A stretch of 64,000 bases of DNA from Rhizophagus irregularis (lineage: Eukaryota): assembly GCF_026210795.1 (NCBI RefSeq), contig NC_089435.1, positions 682,001-746,000 on the forward strand, in the 5' to 3' direction. The translations under genes and the position numbers were made by a program. Positions 1-12,585 of the stretch are shown here, piece after piece; position 1 is the stretch's first letter; each line of letters starts with the position of its first letter. The notes below the pieces were generated by a model. It saw only the letters and a program-made list of their open reading frames with translations. It did not search any database and was not told where the DNA came from.

Positions 1-1233
1 AAATTTATTCATAAATCATTAATTGAAATATTCATTGAGAATGAAGCGAATTTATATACTTTTAATGTTACACATTATCATGATTATTTTGATATTGTTT
101 CTGAATCAGTTTTACAAAATCCACATTTTATTCGTAATATTAAAATTCTTTATCTTAAAATTAGTACTCCTTTATTAAAAGTTTTAAGTTCTAATTGCAA
201 TTCAATTTCATCACTTTATAATCCAAGATTTAAAGATAATACAGATATTGAATATTTATCACAATTAATTAAATCACAAAAAAATCTTAAAAAAATTTGT
301 TTCGTTAAAAAATTTCCTCCAATATTATTAAATTCAAATTGTTTAAACACTTTAAACACAATTATATTTCTTTATATTAATTTTAATAATATAAATATTT
401 TAAATGAAGTATTCGAACAATTAAATGTTTTAGAATCTGTTCATATTATGTATTGTTATTCTTTAGATTCTAATTTTATTCAACAAATAATTAATTTAAG
501 TAAACCATTTAAATTAAAATCCTTATTTGTAGATGAAATATTCGAGTCAATAGAATTATTATTACAAAAATCTGGAGATTATTTAGAAAATTTTGGATTA
601 TCATTTGAACCTAATACTACATATTATAATGATGTATCAGATTCACAACTCCTTGAAGCAAAATCACAACTACTTAAATTAATCACAAGATATTGTACAA
701 AAGTTAAATTCTTTGAATTAATTGAATTTAATAATAATCAAAATATTTATTTAACATTCGACTTAATTGAAAGCATTAAACAAAACCTTAATTATCTTAC
801 TATTGATATAAATTACGATTTTGGATCAGGTTTTAATAGAGATACTGAACTTAGCTCAATTGTACTACAAAATTTAGGTCAAATACTTCCTTTTAAATTA
901 GAATATTTAGATTTGACTCTTGTTATGAATACTACTGATTTTGAAATATTTTTGATAAATTCTCAAGATACTTTTATCAAGAAATTATTATTTAGTAATA
1001 TAATAGATAGAACACGAGAAGAAGTTAGACAAGACAATTTGTTATATAATATAAAAGATCATATTATGGAAATGAAAAGAGTTAAATACTTTGCTTTTCA
1101 AAATCATTTTACTGATGATGGTGAAAATGATGAAGATTTATTTCATCTGATAGATGAAGTAAAGGAATATAATATAGTAATCCAAAATTACAATGATTTG
1201 AAAATTAAATTTATCGAATTTTTAGTAGATTAA
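1..1233 (+). CDS. F-box/RNI-like leucine-rich repeat protein of the expanded Glomeromycota family (5' end outside window)
   Basis: Frame is open from base 1 (KFIHKSLIEIF...) through the 448-1233 ORF. Family motifs seen: NTLNTIIF, LNEVFEQLNVLESVHI, LGQILPFKLEYL, VKYFAF. Confidence 0.75.
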   Translation, partial: KFIHKSLIEIFIENEANLYTFNVTHYHDYFDIVSESVLQNPHFIRNIKILYLKISTPLLKVLSSNCNSISSLYNPRFKDNTDIEYLSQLIKSQKNLKKICFVKKFPPILLNSNCLNTLNTIIFLYINFNNINILNEVFEQLNVLESVHIMYCYSLDSNFIQQIINLSKPFKLKSLFVDEIFESIELLLQKSGDYLENFGLSFEPNTTYYNDVSDSQLLEAKSQLLKLITRYCTKVKFFELIEFNNNQNIYLTFDLIESIKQNLNYLTIDINYDFGSGFNRDTELSSIVLQNLGQILPFKLEYLDLTLVMNTTDFEIFLINSQDTFIKKLLFSNIIDRTREEVRQDNLLYNIKDHIMEMKRVKYFAFQNHFTDDGENDEDLFHLIDEVKEYNIVIQNYNDLKIKFIEFLVD

Positions 1234-1649
1234 TCATTAACGGTTATTATTTGGCAGATTTTACATAATAAAGATATTTTATTTGTATACTTATGCATAA
1301 TAAAGCTACGACTCATCAAATTTTATTTATTTTTAATCAGATTTGTATTTTTTTCGCTAAAAGGAATATTCATCCAGATAATTTATTGATTAAAAGTTTA
1401 TTTCCTTCTTAAATATAAACTAATAACAGAAATAAAAAGATTACTAAATTGACAAATTCTTTCTATATAATTTCTTTACTACTAAGTAAATAAATCGGTT
1501 CAAGCAAAATAAGATAAATGCAGTTTAATATATAAACATTACTAAATTACAGGTTGTTATAATGTGTAATATCGCTTATTAGGCTAAATGAATCGTTGTT
1601 TGATTGTTAATACGAAGGGCTGTAGGGAAATTATGCAAACCTATTAATG

Positions 1650-2858
1650 TATTTTGAATAATTTAAACTGTCCCATTTTATACCCGAATTTAAATACCAC
1701 CCAAATGCTTTTTTATCATCCTTATCTGTTCTTTTACCATATTTGCAACAATATCCTATATTATTTTGTGCTACAGCATCACCATTTTCATCCGCTTTTG
1801 TGTACCATTCAAATGTTTTTATTTTATCATCCTAGAATAGCTGATTTTGTATATACCATTCAATTGCTTCTGTTTCATCCTTATCTATTCCTATCCCATG
1901 CTCATATCAATATCCCCATTACTTTGACTCATTGCATCTCCATTTTCAGCTGATTTTAAATATCCTTTAAATGCCCTTGTTATATATTTTTTTACTCCTC
2001 CTTTCCATATTGAAAATGATATCCTATCTTATTTTGTGCTATGGAATTATTTGATATCGCAGATTCTAAATCCATTTCAAATTTACTCCTCATCTTATTT
2101 CTATGAACGCGTGATTTATTTAGTTGAATAGATTTTAAAAACAAGTCAAATGCTTTTTTTCGTCTTTTTGTGTTCCTATTCCATCCATATAACAAATTGC
2201 CAAATTATATTGTGCATCTAAATTTCCTTCTTCAGTCAAACGTAGGAGTAATTCAAAAACTTTTTATAATTAGCTTTTATGTCATCTCTACGAATTGTTA
2301 AATTAAATTGTACTTCTAATCACTATTTCCGTTTAATTCTAGAAGATATACTAATTGATTTTGTTTAAAATCAATACCAGATAAAATAATATCTTTATAA
2401 TAAAAGAAGATAAAATATTTTCCGATAATTGTGTTACTATTTCTTAACATATTTAATGCATCATTATTTTTTACTACAATCAAATGTAATTGATTCTTGT
2501 CTATTATATATAACAATATTATTATTGATGGCAATTAAATAATTAAATAACAATCCAATGCCTTTTCCCTATTAAGATTACAACCAATACCAAATTGATA
2601 AAAATATCCTATTAAACTTGTAAACCAAGATTTATTTTCTTTATGATTTTTCATTATTTTGAGAATCTTTTTAGGGTCTTTATCATTACTATTTTCAAGG
2701 AAAGAGTTCATCCAATTAGTTAAAATATTTTCAAAATTACCAAAATCATCCATTTTAATAATGTTATTACGAAATCTTATTATAAGATTCTTTAAAAAAT
2801 TTTCATCACTTACAGAAATATTGATATCTGTAATTTTATTCATTACGCTGGGCGGCAT
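1650..2858 (-). pseudogene. Sel1-like repeat protein pseudogene, paralog of 26742-28517
   Basis: Fragments 2535-2858, 2316-2534 and 1992-2195 match the intact paralog (WFTSLIGYFYQFGIGC, MDLESAISNNSIAQNKIG) but are broken by frameshifts and internal deletions. Confidence 0.85.
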
Positions 2859-3322
2859 CGTTAATTTTCTGGTGTTTTTTTTTGTTTTATTTCTAAAGAA
2901 AAAAAAATTATGTTGGATTTAGAAATTATTGTTCAACCTAATATTTATACAGATCGTCATATGGACTCGTATCTAACCAGAAAAAAATAATTAGCGATGA
3001 TACCTTCTACTTTTGGTTATAATATTCCTTTTTAGTAACTCATATGAATAAAAATTTCTAAAATCAATGTATAAAGTAAACAGTGACGGTATTTGGTGTG
3101 CCGTTACATTCCTGTATTGTCATACATTAAAAATAATATAAAATCAGATCTTTGCTTTAAAAAATTTTTATGTCGAACTATTCTTTGCTATTTCGAGACT
3201 TTCGCCATCCCTGGTGCAAACTAAGTTCAAGAGGTTTAACGTTGCATCCAAAATTTTTATTTGTGTTATCACTTTTTAAAACTTTACTTCTGACTCTTGA
3301 TTTTTGCGTTTGCAGATATATC

Positions 3323-5542
3323 ATGACATATTATGTTGTTCTAGGTGAAGTTCCCGTTAAAAGGAAACTTGATTTTGTCGAGTTCGAATCCTCAGAACTT
3401 GTTATGAACCTTAGGCATGTTATCTATGATAAGAAAAAGAACACCTTTTTTAAACAAAATATTGACGAAAGTGACCTCGTATTATGGAAAGTTGATATCT
3501 CTTTCGGAAATGAAAACGATAATTTGAAGATGCTTGATGACACGTCTTGTATAATTAACGTTAAACAAGATCTTGAAGGAAAGGAGATGTTTTCAGGAGA
3601 CCCAATTTCAGACCATTTAGAACACTTTGATAAAACACGATGCTCAATCCACATCATTGTCCTACCCCCACCGCCACCACCACGGTAAGTGTCTCCAAAT
3701 GATTACCCCTCGAACAAGAAATTCATGTTAACTCGCTCACTTATATCTTTTTTTTATTCGATTAGGGAAAGGAAAATGGTGGAGGATGAGGAAGATAATA
3801 GAGTAAAAAAGTGATGACAAAAAGGTATCTTTATTTAATGTTGAACTTTATTAAAGGATAAAAAAAATTCCTAAGTTAACTTGTATCTTTTCCAGATAGG
3901 GAAAAATTTCAAAATTTACTTAATAGCTTACCAGAGATCAACATACAAGATAAGGTATTCAAAATTCCAAGCTTACCAGGGGATAAAGGAGACATGGATA
4001 TTTATAACCGAGAGTGTTACAAGTATTTAAGTGATTTTATATTATAAGATACAAAATTCAGCTGATACCTCATTACTGGCAATCCAGGTATTGGAAAAAC
4101 GTTCTTTGGAAGGTTAATGCTAATAGTGCTCCTTAAAGAGAATAAAAAAGTTTTGTTAGATTCTAACATTTTTGAACAATTCACTCTAAAAAAATTCATA
4201 ATTACTAATAATTGTTTAGATAAAATATTTTTAAAAAAACTCACATAAGGAATAGGTTATGCACCTTCCTTATAGTAGTTAGATTTTATAATATTAATAT
4301 TTATATATAAATATATTAGCAATATGAAACTGTTACAGCATTGATTTATCCTTCAGGTGATAAGGAATGTGTAATTGGCAAGGTACAATACAGACAAATA
4401 GCGGAAGAACAAGATGTTTGGTGTATAATCGATGGAAAAAGGGACCAATTAGGACATGATTTTTCTAATGGAAAGTTAATTATGGTTCACCAAAGAAATC
4501 AATTATTAGTGATTTTTCAAAGCAGTGGTGCAAAAAACTTTACATGCCGATATGGAATGAATTTGAAGTTGAAGACTGTTGGAAGAATGTATATTGCGAA
4601 AAAGTTCCTTCAGAATCATTGAAAGATAAGTTCAAACTATGTGGTGGGATTTCTCGATTGATCTTTGGTGAATCAGGCATGCTCTGTAATCAAGCTAAAG
4701 ACTTCTCAGGTGATGAATTTACTCATAAACTAATTCATATGCATATCAACCTTGAAGAAACAGAAGTAGAAGGTGAAAAAGCTGATCCATACACCTGTTG
4801 CTCCTGCTTTTTTGGGTCAGATTATATTGCATATAAATGTTTAAAAAGATTGAAAGAGGATAAGGAGGATTTGCGCACTTTTATTGAGACTGCAATGGGA
4901 TCTCTCTGTGAGCAGTTATTCGAATTGGTCTCACATGAAATTCTTGGAACCTTTTCAGTACGTGTAAACTCACAGGTGACGGCGCATTAGGACCTGAAAC
5001 AACTCTTTGGAATCTCTAGAAGAAATTTTTATTTGATGATATTAGCAAGATTGAAAAAAATATTATCGATCAACTTCCAAGATTTTTGAATCCATAGACA
5101 GCTATGTTCGCTACCCCTATAAAAAATTTTATCGTTATTTCTGTAAAAACTCTGTAAAAATGAGCCTTTCATGGATCAATTCACGGAAAATGTAAATAAT
5201 TCGATAAATTCCGCGATATAACTCATATAAGGCTATTAATTCCGGGAACATGAGCCTTTTACGGAAAAAAGATGGAGTATAAAAAACGGATTGACTTTTT
5301 TTACAGGGTACAACAAGCTATTTCAAGTTACCGTTTCCAAGTCACATGGTATTAAGCAAGAAGGCTTAAGGGCAATTAAAGGAATCTTTAATGATTCTTG
5401 TGGAATTAGCTTTTACTTTATATTACCAAAAGATGTATTTAGAACATATACAAAAAACAGAAATATGAAAAACAATAAATCATCGCTAGATATCACTGAG
5501 AATATTTTTTATATACAAGAAAATGTGTTCGTAATTTTATAA
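3323..5542 (+). pseudogene. Crinkler (CRN)-type effector pseudogene: CRN N-terminal header, P-loop NTPase, nuclease-like C-terminus
   Basis: LVLWKVDI and IHIIVLPP header motifs; donor gtaagt at ~3685; Walker A GNPGIGKT at ~4078-4101 just after an in-frame TGA; C-terminal ESIDSY...LFQVTVSKSHGIK split by a MITE; several frameshifts. Confidence 0.75.
5115..5308. mobile_element. 194-bp MITE, CCCT..AGGG termini, 3-bp TSD (CACTA/CMC-like)
   Basis: ccctataaaaaa...ttttttacaggg flanked by TAC on both sides (5112-5114, 5309-5311). Removing it rejoins the CRN frame SYVRY|NKLFQVTVS. Confidence 0.85.
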
Positions 5543-6257
5543 AATTTGTAAAAATACCTATAAAGCTATCAGACTTTGTTGTTCAATATCTTGTCTTTAT
5601 CTGATACAATATATTAAATAATTAAAATTTCACCTAACCAATTTTTCACGCGTCAGCCAGTAAAATGCAAAATTTACTAGTTATACCGTTTACTAGTTAT
5701 ATAAAGTTTTTTAGCCTAGCCTTTGTACACAGTTTTTTTACAAACTATTATTTAAACTATATATAGCATCTTGAAATTGCAAACGATCAGCTGAAACTAA
5801 AGTAGTTAAACCGGAATCACTATTTGAAATAAAAATTTTTTTTTGGTTTTTCATAATGAAATAATGATATTTGAATTTTCTAATCGCAATAAATACATTA
5901 TATATAGCAATATCAAAATTATTTTTGGTCTTGGAAAATTATTTTTCCTAGTACTTTATTACTTTGTTCTTGCCCATAGGTTCGACCATTCGGCGGCTTT
6001 AATTTTGGAGATCTGATGAGACGATTGAGACGTACTTGACAAAATTATTTTCAATTACTTTATACAAGTTACATATAAAATAATTCTTAAAAATTATTTT
6101 TAATAGTTATTCTTTTTAAGAAAATATATTATCTAGTTTATTTACTAGTATTATTTAAATTAATTATCAATTATTGTTAAATGTTTTTATTAATAAAAAA
6201 AATTTATTTGATAAATATATTCAAAAAAAAAAAATGGTACGTCACATGTAAAATACT

Positions 6258-7475
6258 CTATTTTTTATAATCTTTTGATTGAATTATTATATGAGTACCC
6301 TCGTGTGCTTCTTCATTAATATCCTTATAGTAACTTACATTATTATATAGTTTAATTCCCATTGTTTCCATATCTTTACGCAATTCTTCATACGTATTCG
6401 AATCATATTGGGCACATAGATTTGACCTAGTACCAAATGGAAGTAACCAATCACCATCCCTATAAAGAAGATCTTTTCTTAAAGTTTTTTGACTAGAATC
6501 TAATTCTAATGGAATGGTTCTATCCTTTTGCATGACCATTGGAATAATAGTATTATAACGATCAAATATAGGAAGATTATTAATGTTCCAAGAAGGTCCA
6601 GAATCTGTAGAGAAACGAGTACGATAAGTTTCAATATCATCACGCATTAATAAACCTCCAACTTGTTCGATATTTTCTATCATCCACAAAAGAGATGCTT
6701 TAATCATTTTTTCATTGCTTTTAAAATTTAAAAATGTTCCACCACCTATTTCACAATGTATACCAGGAAACCAAGTTTCTTTTACAATAGTACCAGAATT
6801 ATTCGAATTTATATGACAAGGTTCAAAGAAAGCAATTTTTTCATGAATGGCTAAAGCTTGACAAGCAAATTTAACTATACTAGGTACAGATTGATCATAA
6901 AATTCCAAATATTTAAAACCTTCACCAATTGCATAAGCGGGTAAACCATAAGCGCCAACAGTATCCCAAAGTCCAAGGAATTTTATAATTTGTTTTTTAG
7001 GTTCAGGATGACTGAATGTATTTTTAAAATCTTCAGATTCTTTTCCTTCCGGGCTATGACCCGCATCTCTATTACGATATATATCGTAAGCGAGATCAGC
7101 ACGTTTATCAACCTGTTCAGATTTGATTTCTCTATCAACTTTCAGTACTCCACAATTTCTTATCATTCCAGCAATACATCTCGCAGTGTAAGCGCCACGA
7201 CTAAAACCAAAAAGCCATATATCATCACCAGGATTATAGTTATTAACTATGAATTTGTAACCTTCTTTGATTTTATTATCAAGACTTAGAGCTATAGCTC
7301 CATCAATGATGAAATTCAAGGCCAATTCTCCAATTCCAATTCCGTCTATATACAAGACATGTTGTTTATATTTTTCCTCAAGTAATTCTTTATATAATGT
7401 ATTAACGTTGGTCTGAGAATTAGGATTATTTCATGTACCATCACATAATACGACAATATTTTTATTTTTACCCAT
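6258..7475 (-). pseudogene. DUF2235 / Tle1-like alpha/beta-hydrolase (phospholipase-like) with one premature TGA
   Basis: GFSRG nucleophile elbow, FLGLWDTVG and WFPGIHCEIGG. The in-frame upstream start at 7475 reads MGKNKNIVVLCDGT*NNPNSQTNV, with TGA at 7431-7433 where the family motif CDGTW has Trp. No intron seen. Confidence 0.8.
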
Positions 7476-8229
7476 TTTTGCAAAAATTTTTTTTCGTTTT
7501 CTTGGTTTTTTATATTTAGAATTTAGAAAAAAAAAATAAATAATGAATGAATGTATTTTTTAAAATGGGGAATTGCGAGTTATTTATAACATTTATATCA
7601 TATTGAAAAAAACGTAAACATGTGATTTATATGAAGATCACTAAAATGACTAAATGACGTAAACCGGAATTCAAATTCCAATAATTAAGAAGACTACGAT
7701 ATTTTTTAATTTATTGTCATTTCTGAAAGTGTTTTTCTATATTAGCTAAAAAAGTATTAAAACTTTAATTTTTTAGATAACTGGTCTAACCGAAATCAGT
7801 TAATCGATCGAGGATGATTATCCTTAATCAGTTTAATGAGTTTCATTCAAAAAAAAACTTAAAAAAGATTTCCTTTTTTGATTGATACAAAATCCATTAA
7901 AAAAATTTTTTCTTTTTTGAACTTAACCTGTTCTTGATCATATTACCATATTTTTTATTTTAATTTCTTCCGGTAAATAATTATCCGAGAGAATCTTTTT
8001 ACCAAATTGCATTAAAATTTTGACAATCATAACTTGAATTGAAAATTGGGCACATTTCTGATCGGAAAATAATTTATCCGAGGGAATTTTTCGAATTAAA
8101 TTTTTTCGAATTGAACACATTTTTTGTATTTTTATAGATTAAGTTGTTTGCAATTAATTTAACCATAATTCCCAAATTTGGACGAAAAAAATGATATTTT
8201 CATATTATATTGTTAATAGTGTGAGACTA

Positions 8230-8730
8230 ACTTTTTAAAATGTTTCTCACATTATAAATAAAGTTTTCCTGAAAAATTTTAAAAAGAAAGTGAAAATGGA
8301 AATTAATTTCCATTTTCGTTCTTATTTTTTTTTTTCTTTTCGTAAGAATGAAGTTTTCCTTAAAAAATTCAAAAAAACTTTCAAAATAAAAATGGAAATC
8401 ATTTTCCATTTTTGATCCAAATATTTTTATTTTTTTCGTAAGAATGAAGTTTTAAAAAATTAATTATTTCTCTTTTACGTAAGAATGATGTGTTTCTTGA
8501 AAAAAATATTCAAAAATCTTTTAAAATAAAAATTGGAAATCTTTTTTTCCATTTTGATCTAAATATTATCATTTTTCGTAAGAATGAAGTTTTGAAAAAT
8601 TAATTACGTAAAAATGAAATGTTCTTAAATCTTAAAATCTTCAAAAAAAATTTTTCAAAATAAAAATGGAAATCTTTTTCCATTTTTATTCTAATTTTTT
8701 TTTTTTTTTTTTTGTGAGAATGGAAATTTT
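8230..8730. repeat. Degenerate AT-rich tandem repeat
   Basis: Recurrent cgtaagaatgaagtttt (~8341, 8437, 8577) and aaaataaaaatggaaatc (~8383, 8523, 8657). Confidence 0.55.
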
Positions 8731-9995
8731 TTTTTATTTAATTATAGTTACTAATAAATATAATAAAGAAATTTTCAATTGAAAACTCACAATGTATTTG
8801 ACTTTTTTTAAAATGAAAGAAAAACTTTGCAGCGAAAGAACTTTCTTAAGAATATTATGAGCAGTATTTTTCATTTGATAAAGCTAAATAAAATCTGGCA
8901 TGAAATTTGAGGACATGTGGGTCATAGCAATATGAGAGGTATAGATATGGTCATCAGGAAGTTTTTTAACTTGTGTAAATATACGTAAACTGTTAAGCAA
9001 TGCACGTACTGTACGACGAATATTCAATAAAGATAGTAATTTTGTGTAACCGCAACATGTCAAATAAAATATATCCATTTTTTTTCCTAAGGAAAGGTGG
9101 TTAGCAAAAAAGCGGTTAACGGTAACCAATATAAAGAAAAATACTATATAAATTTAAAATATTGTTAATAGTTTAATATAGTGTTAATTGTCACTTTATT
9201 GACTATTTAACCTAAATCTAAAGGTTCGAGATCATCCTCACTATCTTCCTGGACTATAGCAATATGTTTATTGTTATCATTTAAAGCTGGCTCATCTGTA
9301 TCTATTACTTTCTCTTTACTTATTGATCCTTTAATTTTATTATTGATTTCTTCAACTCTCTCACTAAAACTCTCGTTCAGTTAGTTAAACTCTTCTACAT
9401 TATCGTATTTTGTTGATCGTCGAACTTTTTAGATCCGTCGACGGTGATTTAAATAATTAATAATTATCTTTTTTATCTTTTTTACTGACGTTCAAACTCA
9501 TTGATCCCGCTAGTGAATATATCCGTTTTGTAATATTATAAATCTGAACTTATTATTTTCTGGTGTTAACCAGGTATTTCTTAAGTTGAGCGTTTTTTAG
9601 CGTTGCGTCACATTGTCACGTGACTTAATTCTTAAATATACTGTTAATTATAAGAGTAGTAAGCGTAATACTGTAGAGGAAAATGGAATTTATTTTTTTT
9701 TTCTGCATCTATGAATGCGTGCATCTTTAATTGACCTAGATATATTTCAGCCTTTGTTGTAAAATTTGTAGGGAATAGGGATTGTCCATGTTTCTCAAAT
9801 TTTTTATCTGGACGTGATTCTTACGTTAACCTTGTATTGATCTTGACACTTTCCTTTGATTCTTGTTATAGCTATAATATTTCCTCATTTTAACTTATTA
9901 ATGGAATTAAATTTGAAACTGCTATCATTTTTTTTTAATCTTTCTAATGCAGCATCAACAAAATTCGAGACATGCTATGATATGGCTAATCTATT

Positions 9996-11530
9996 CCCTA
10001 TAAGAAATATGTATACGGAAAGGATACGTTTTGTATACATTTTTTGTACGTTTCTATAGATTCCGTATACAAATTCCGTATATTTAATAAGCAATTCATT
10101 TTTGAACATTTTTAAAAAAACTAATGTATAAGAAATGTATACGGAAAAAATTAATCATGCGGAATGTATACGGAATTTTTAAACTTAATATTTTTAGAAG
10201 ATAATTTACAAAAATCCGTATCATAACACGAAATCACATGATTGTTTATTGTTATGATACGTTTTTTGTTTTTTATATAAACCCTTACTTTTGATGAGTT
10301 TGATCTTCCGATTTTTCCTTTCTGTCTTTCCTTTCCTTTCTCTTTCTCTTGTCTTATTTTTGTTATTTTTTCTAAATTTTTCTTCTTTCTTCGTCACCCC
10401 CTTTTAAAAATAATTTTTTTTTTCGTACCTCACTTCAAAAAATTTTTTTTTTCGTCACTTTCCTTTGAAAAAAAAATTTTTTTCGTCACTCCCTTAAAAA
10501 AAAATTTTTTCTTTTATTCCCACTCTTCTTTTTTTTAAAAAAAATTTCTTCTTACTATTTCTATTTCCTCTTTATAAAAAATTTTTTATTTTTCTAACTT
10601 TGACGTCCTCCCTTTAAAAAAAAATTTTTTTTTAACTTTCTTAACTTCGTTACCCCTCTTTTTGAAAAAATATTTTTTTTGATTTATTCTTTATTCCCCT
10701 TTCTTTTTTATTTATATTTAATTTCATAGGCCAGCTGATTTTTTTTTGTGAGAATATTCAGTTTCTTTTTTCTTTTTTGTAGATCATTTTGGAGTCCTTT
10801 TCTTTTTGTAGGATGATTCAGGATTTTTTTCTTTTTTTAGGTCAGTTCAAATTTTCTTGTTTTTTTGTAAGTTGGGTTTAGATTCTTTTCTTTTTGTAGG
10901 TTGTTTCAGTTTTGTTGCTTCAGAGTCTTCTTTTTTTATAGGTCAGTTTTGGATTTATTTTGTTGTTTTGGTTTCTTTTTCATTAGACGCCTCATAATTC
11001 TTTTCTTTTATGTAGGTCAGACATTCTGGAGTTCTCTTTCTTTTTTTGTAGGAATGCTGACCTTTGGTGACTTGGACGATTGCAGATACTATATGAGGGG
11101 GGTTTTGTTTCCAATCTTTTTTTATTGTTCTTTCAGGTTGTTTGACTCCAAATGAACGTGAACTTATTAAAACCACCTATTGCAACCAAAATTATCTATA
11201 AGGAGGGAATTTTCATAATGTATTTGTACTTTGTTTATTTTTTATTTTTTATTTAATTTAATAAAGTAAAATTAGATTTATGTAAATACAATTATAGTAA
11301 ACTGTAATACAAATAGTAAATTCAGTGACCAAATCGTATAAATTTCGTGATAAAATCAATGATCAAATCATGTAAATTCCATATAAATCCCGTGCAAATT
11401 CCGTATCCAAACCATATTTTTAGTGATACGGAATTGTGCATTTTTCCGTATCCTATTATGATACGTTATTTCTAAGGAAAAAAAATCGTATAAAAACTTT
11501 ATAAAAAACGTATCCAATTTTTTTATAGGG
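9996..11530. mobile_element. 1.5-kb non-autonomous CCCTA..TAGGG DNA transposon (CACTA/CMC-like)
   Basis: ccctataagaaat...attttttt(t)ataggg with ATT TSD (9993-9995, 11531-11533). Many subterminal tacgga/tccgta repeats at both ends. T-rich core with no transposase. Confidence 0.85.
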
Positions 11531-12169
11531 ATTTATTACTTCTTATTACCATTTTACCATTTTTTGCTACTTTTTGATACCAATAAAGACTTTTTCTAAA
11601 TTCTTTTTCTATAATAGTAATATATGGCTAAATTAAGCATGCTAAGTTTTCTAAACGTTCTTTACACCATAATTCTTCAGTATAAGGCTTATTGCAGTAC
11701 GAATCAGTCGGTACCTTTACGCTTTATCTGAGATAGTTGATTACTAAATTTGGTTTCCATTTGACTTTATTTTAGAAATGAACTTTACTATTTTATTAGA
11801 CTTTTTATTTCAACGACAAAAAATTTTTTCAGACCATATTTTTTCCGCGTTGAGAAAATACTGTGTAACGAAAAATTTGCTGTTCATGTGATTTAAGGAT
11901 TTTAATTTTTTTTTTTTATAAATATGTTAAATAAAAATTATAACTATTGTCTGGAGCGTAGTAAAAACGTCAGTCTGTCCTTCCGGCACGTGACAATATA
12001 CAATAAACTCTTGAAGTTTCCCGTTTCCTAGTGTAACATAAAAGTTAAATATAATTAGTCATATAAAAAGTTACGCGAAAAAATTACTCATGCAAATATG
12101 CAGATAATAATTCCTTATGACATGTAACACATAATCTTGATGTAGGTTTTGTCATGATAATCTTTAGGT

Positions 12170-12585
12170 TTTCTTTATCTTTTTTTCTTCGACTGGTCTT
12201 CTTTATCTTCTTTTTTTAAGTCTGTCTTCTTTCTGTTTAGGTCTTCTCTTTATTCTTGGGTCCCTTTTCTTTACGTCTCCTTTAGGTATATGGGTTGTTG
12301 TGTGTTGGGTGGCGTGTATGTTTGTGTATTTCCTCGCTCTTTCCCTTATCTCTCTCTCACTTTTCTCTTTCCTTTCGTTTTCTCTTTTTCTTCCTCTTCC
12401 CTCCACTTCCCCTTTCCTTTGTGTTTTTCTCCTTTCCTCTCGTTTTCCCTTTCCCTTTCGTTTTCCCCTTTCCCTTTCGTTCCCTTTCCCTTTCCCTCTC
12501 GCTTTCCCTTTCCCTTTCGTTTTCCCTTCCCTTCACTTTCACTTTCCCTTTCGTTCCCTTTCCCTTTCGTTTCCTCTTCTCCCGA
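12170..12585. repeat. Polypyrimidine tract ending in a (TTTCCC)n-like array
   Basis: Directly visible tttccctttccctttcg runs at ~12440-12570; accounts for the overlapping low-complexity ORFs. Confidence 0.8.

Noticed and set aside
6258..7475. Bacterial T6SS effector acquired horizontally
   Set aside because: DUF2235 proteins are widespread in fungi and base composition is host-like. Lack of introns alone is insufficient without a phylogeny.
12440..12570. Interstitial telomere
   Set aside because: The unit is GGGAAA, not TTAGGG, and it is embedded in a wider degenerate pyrimidine tract.
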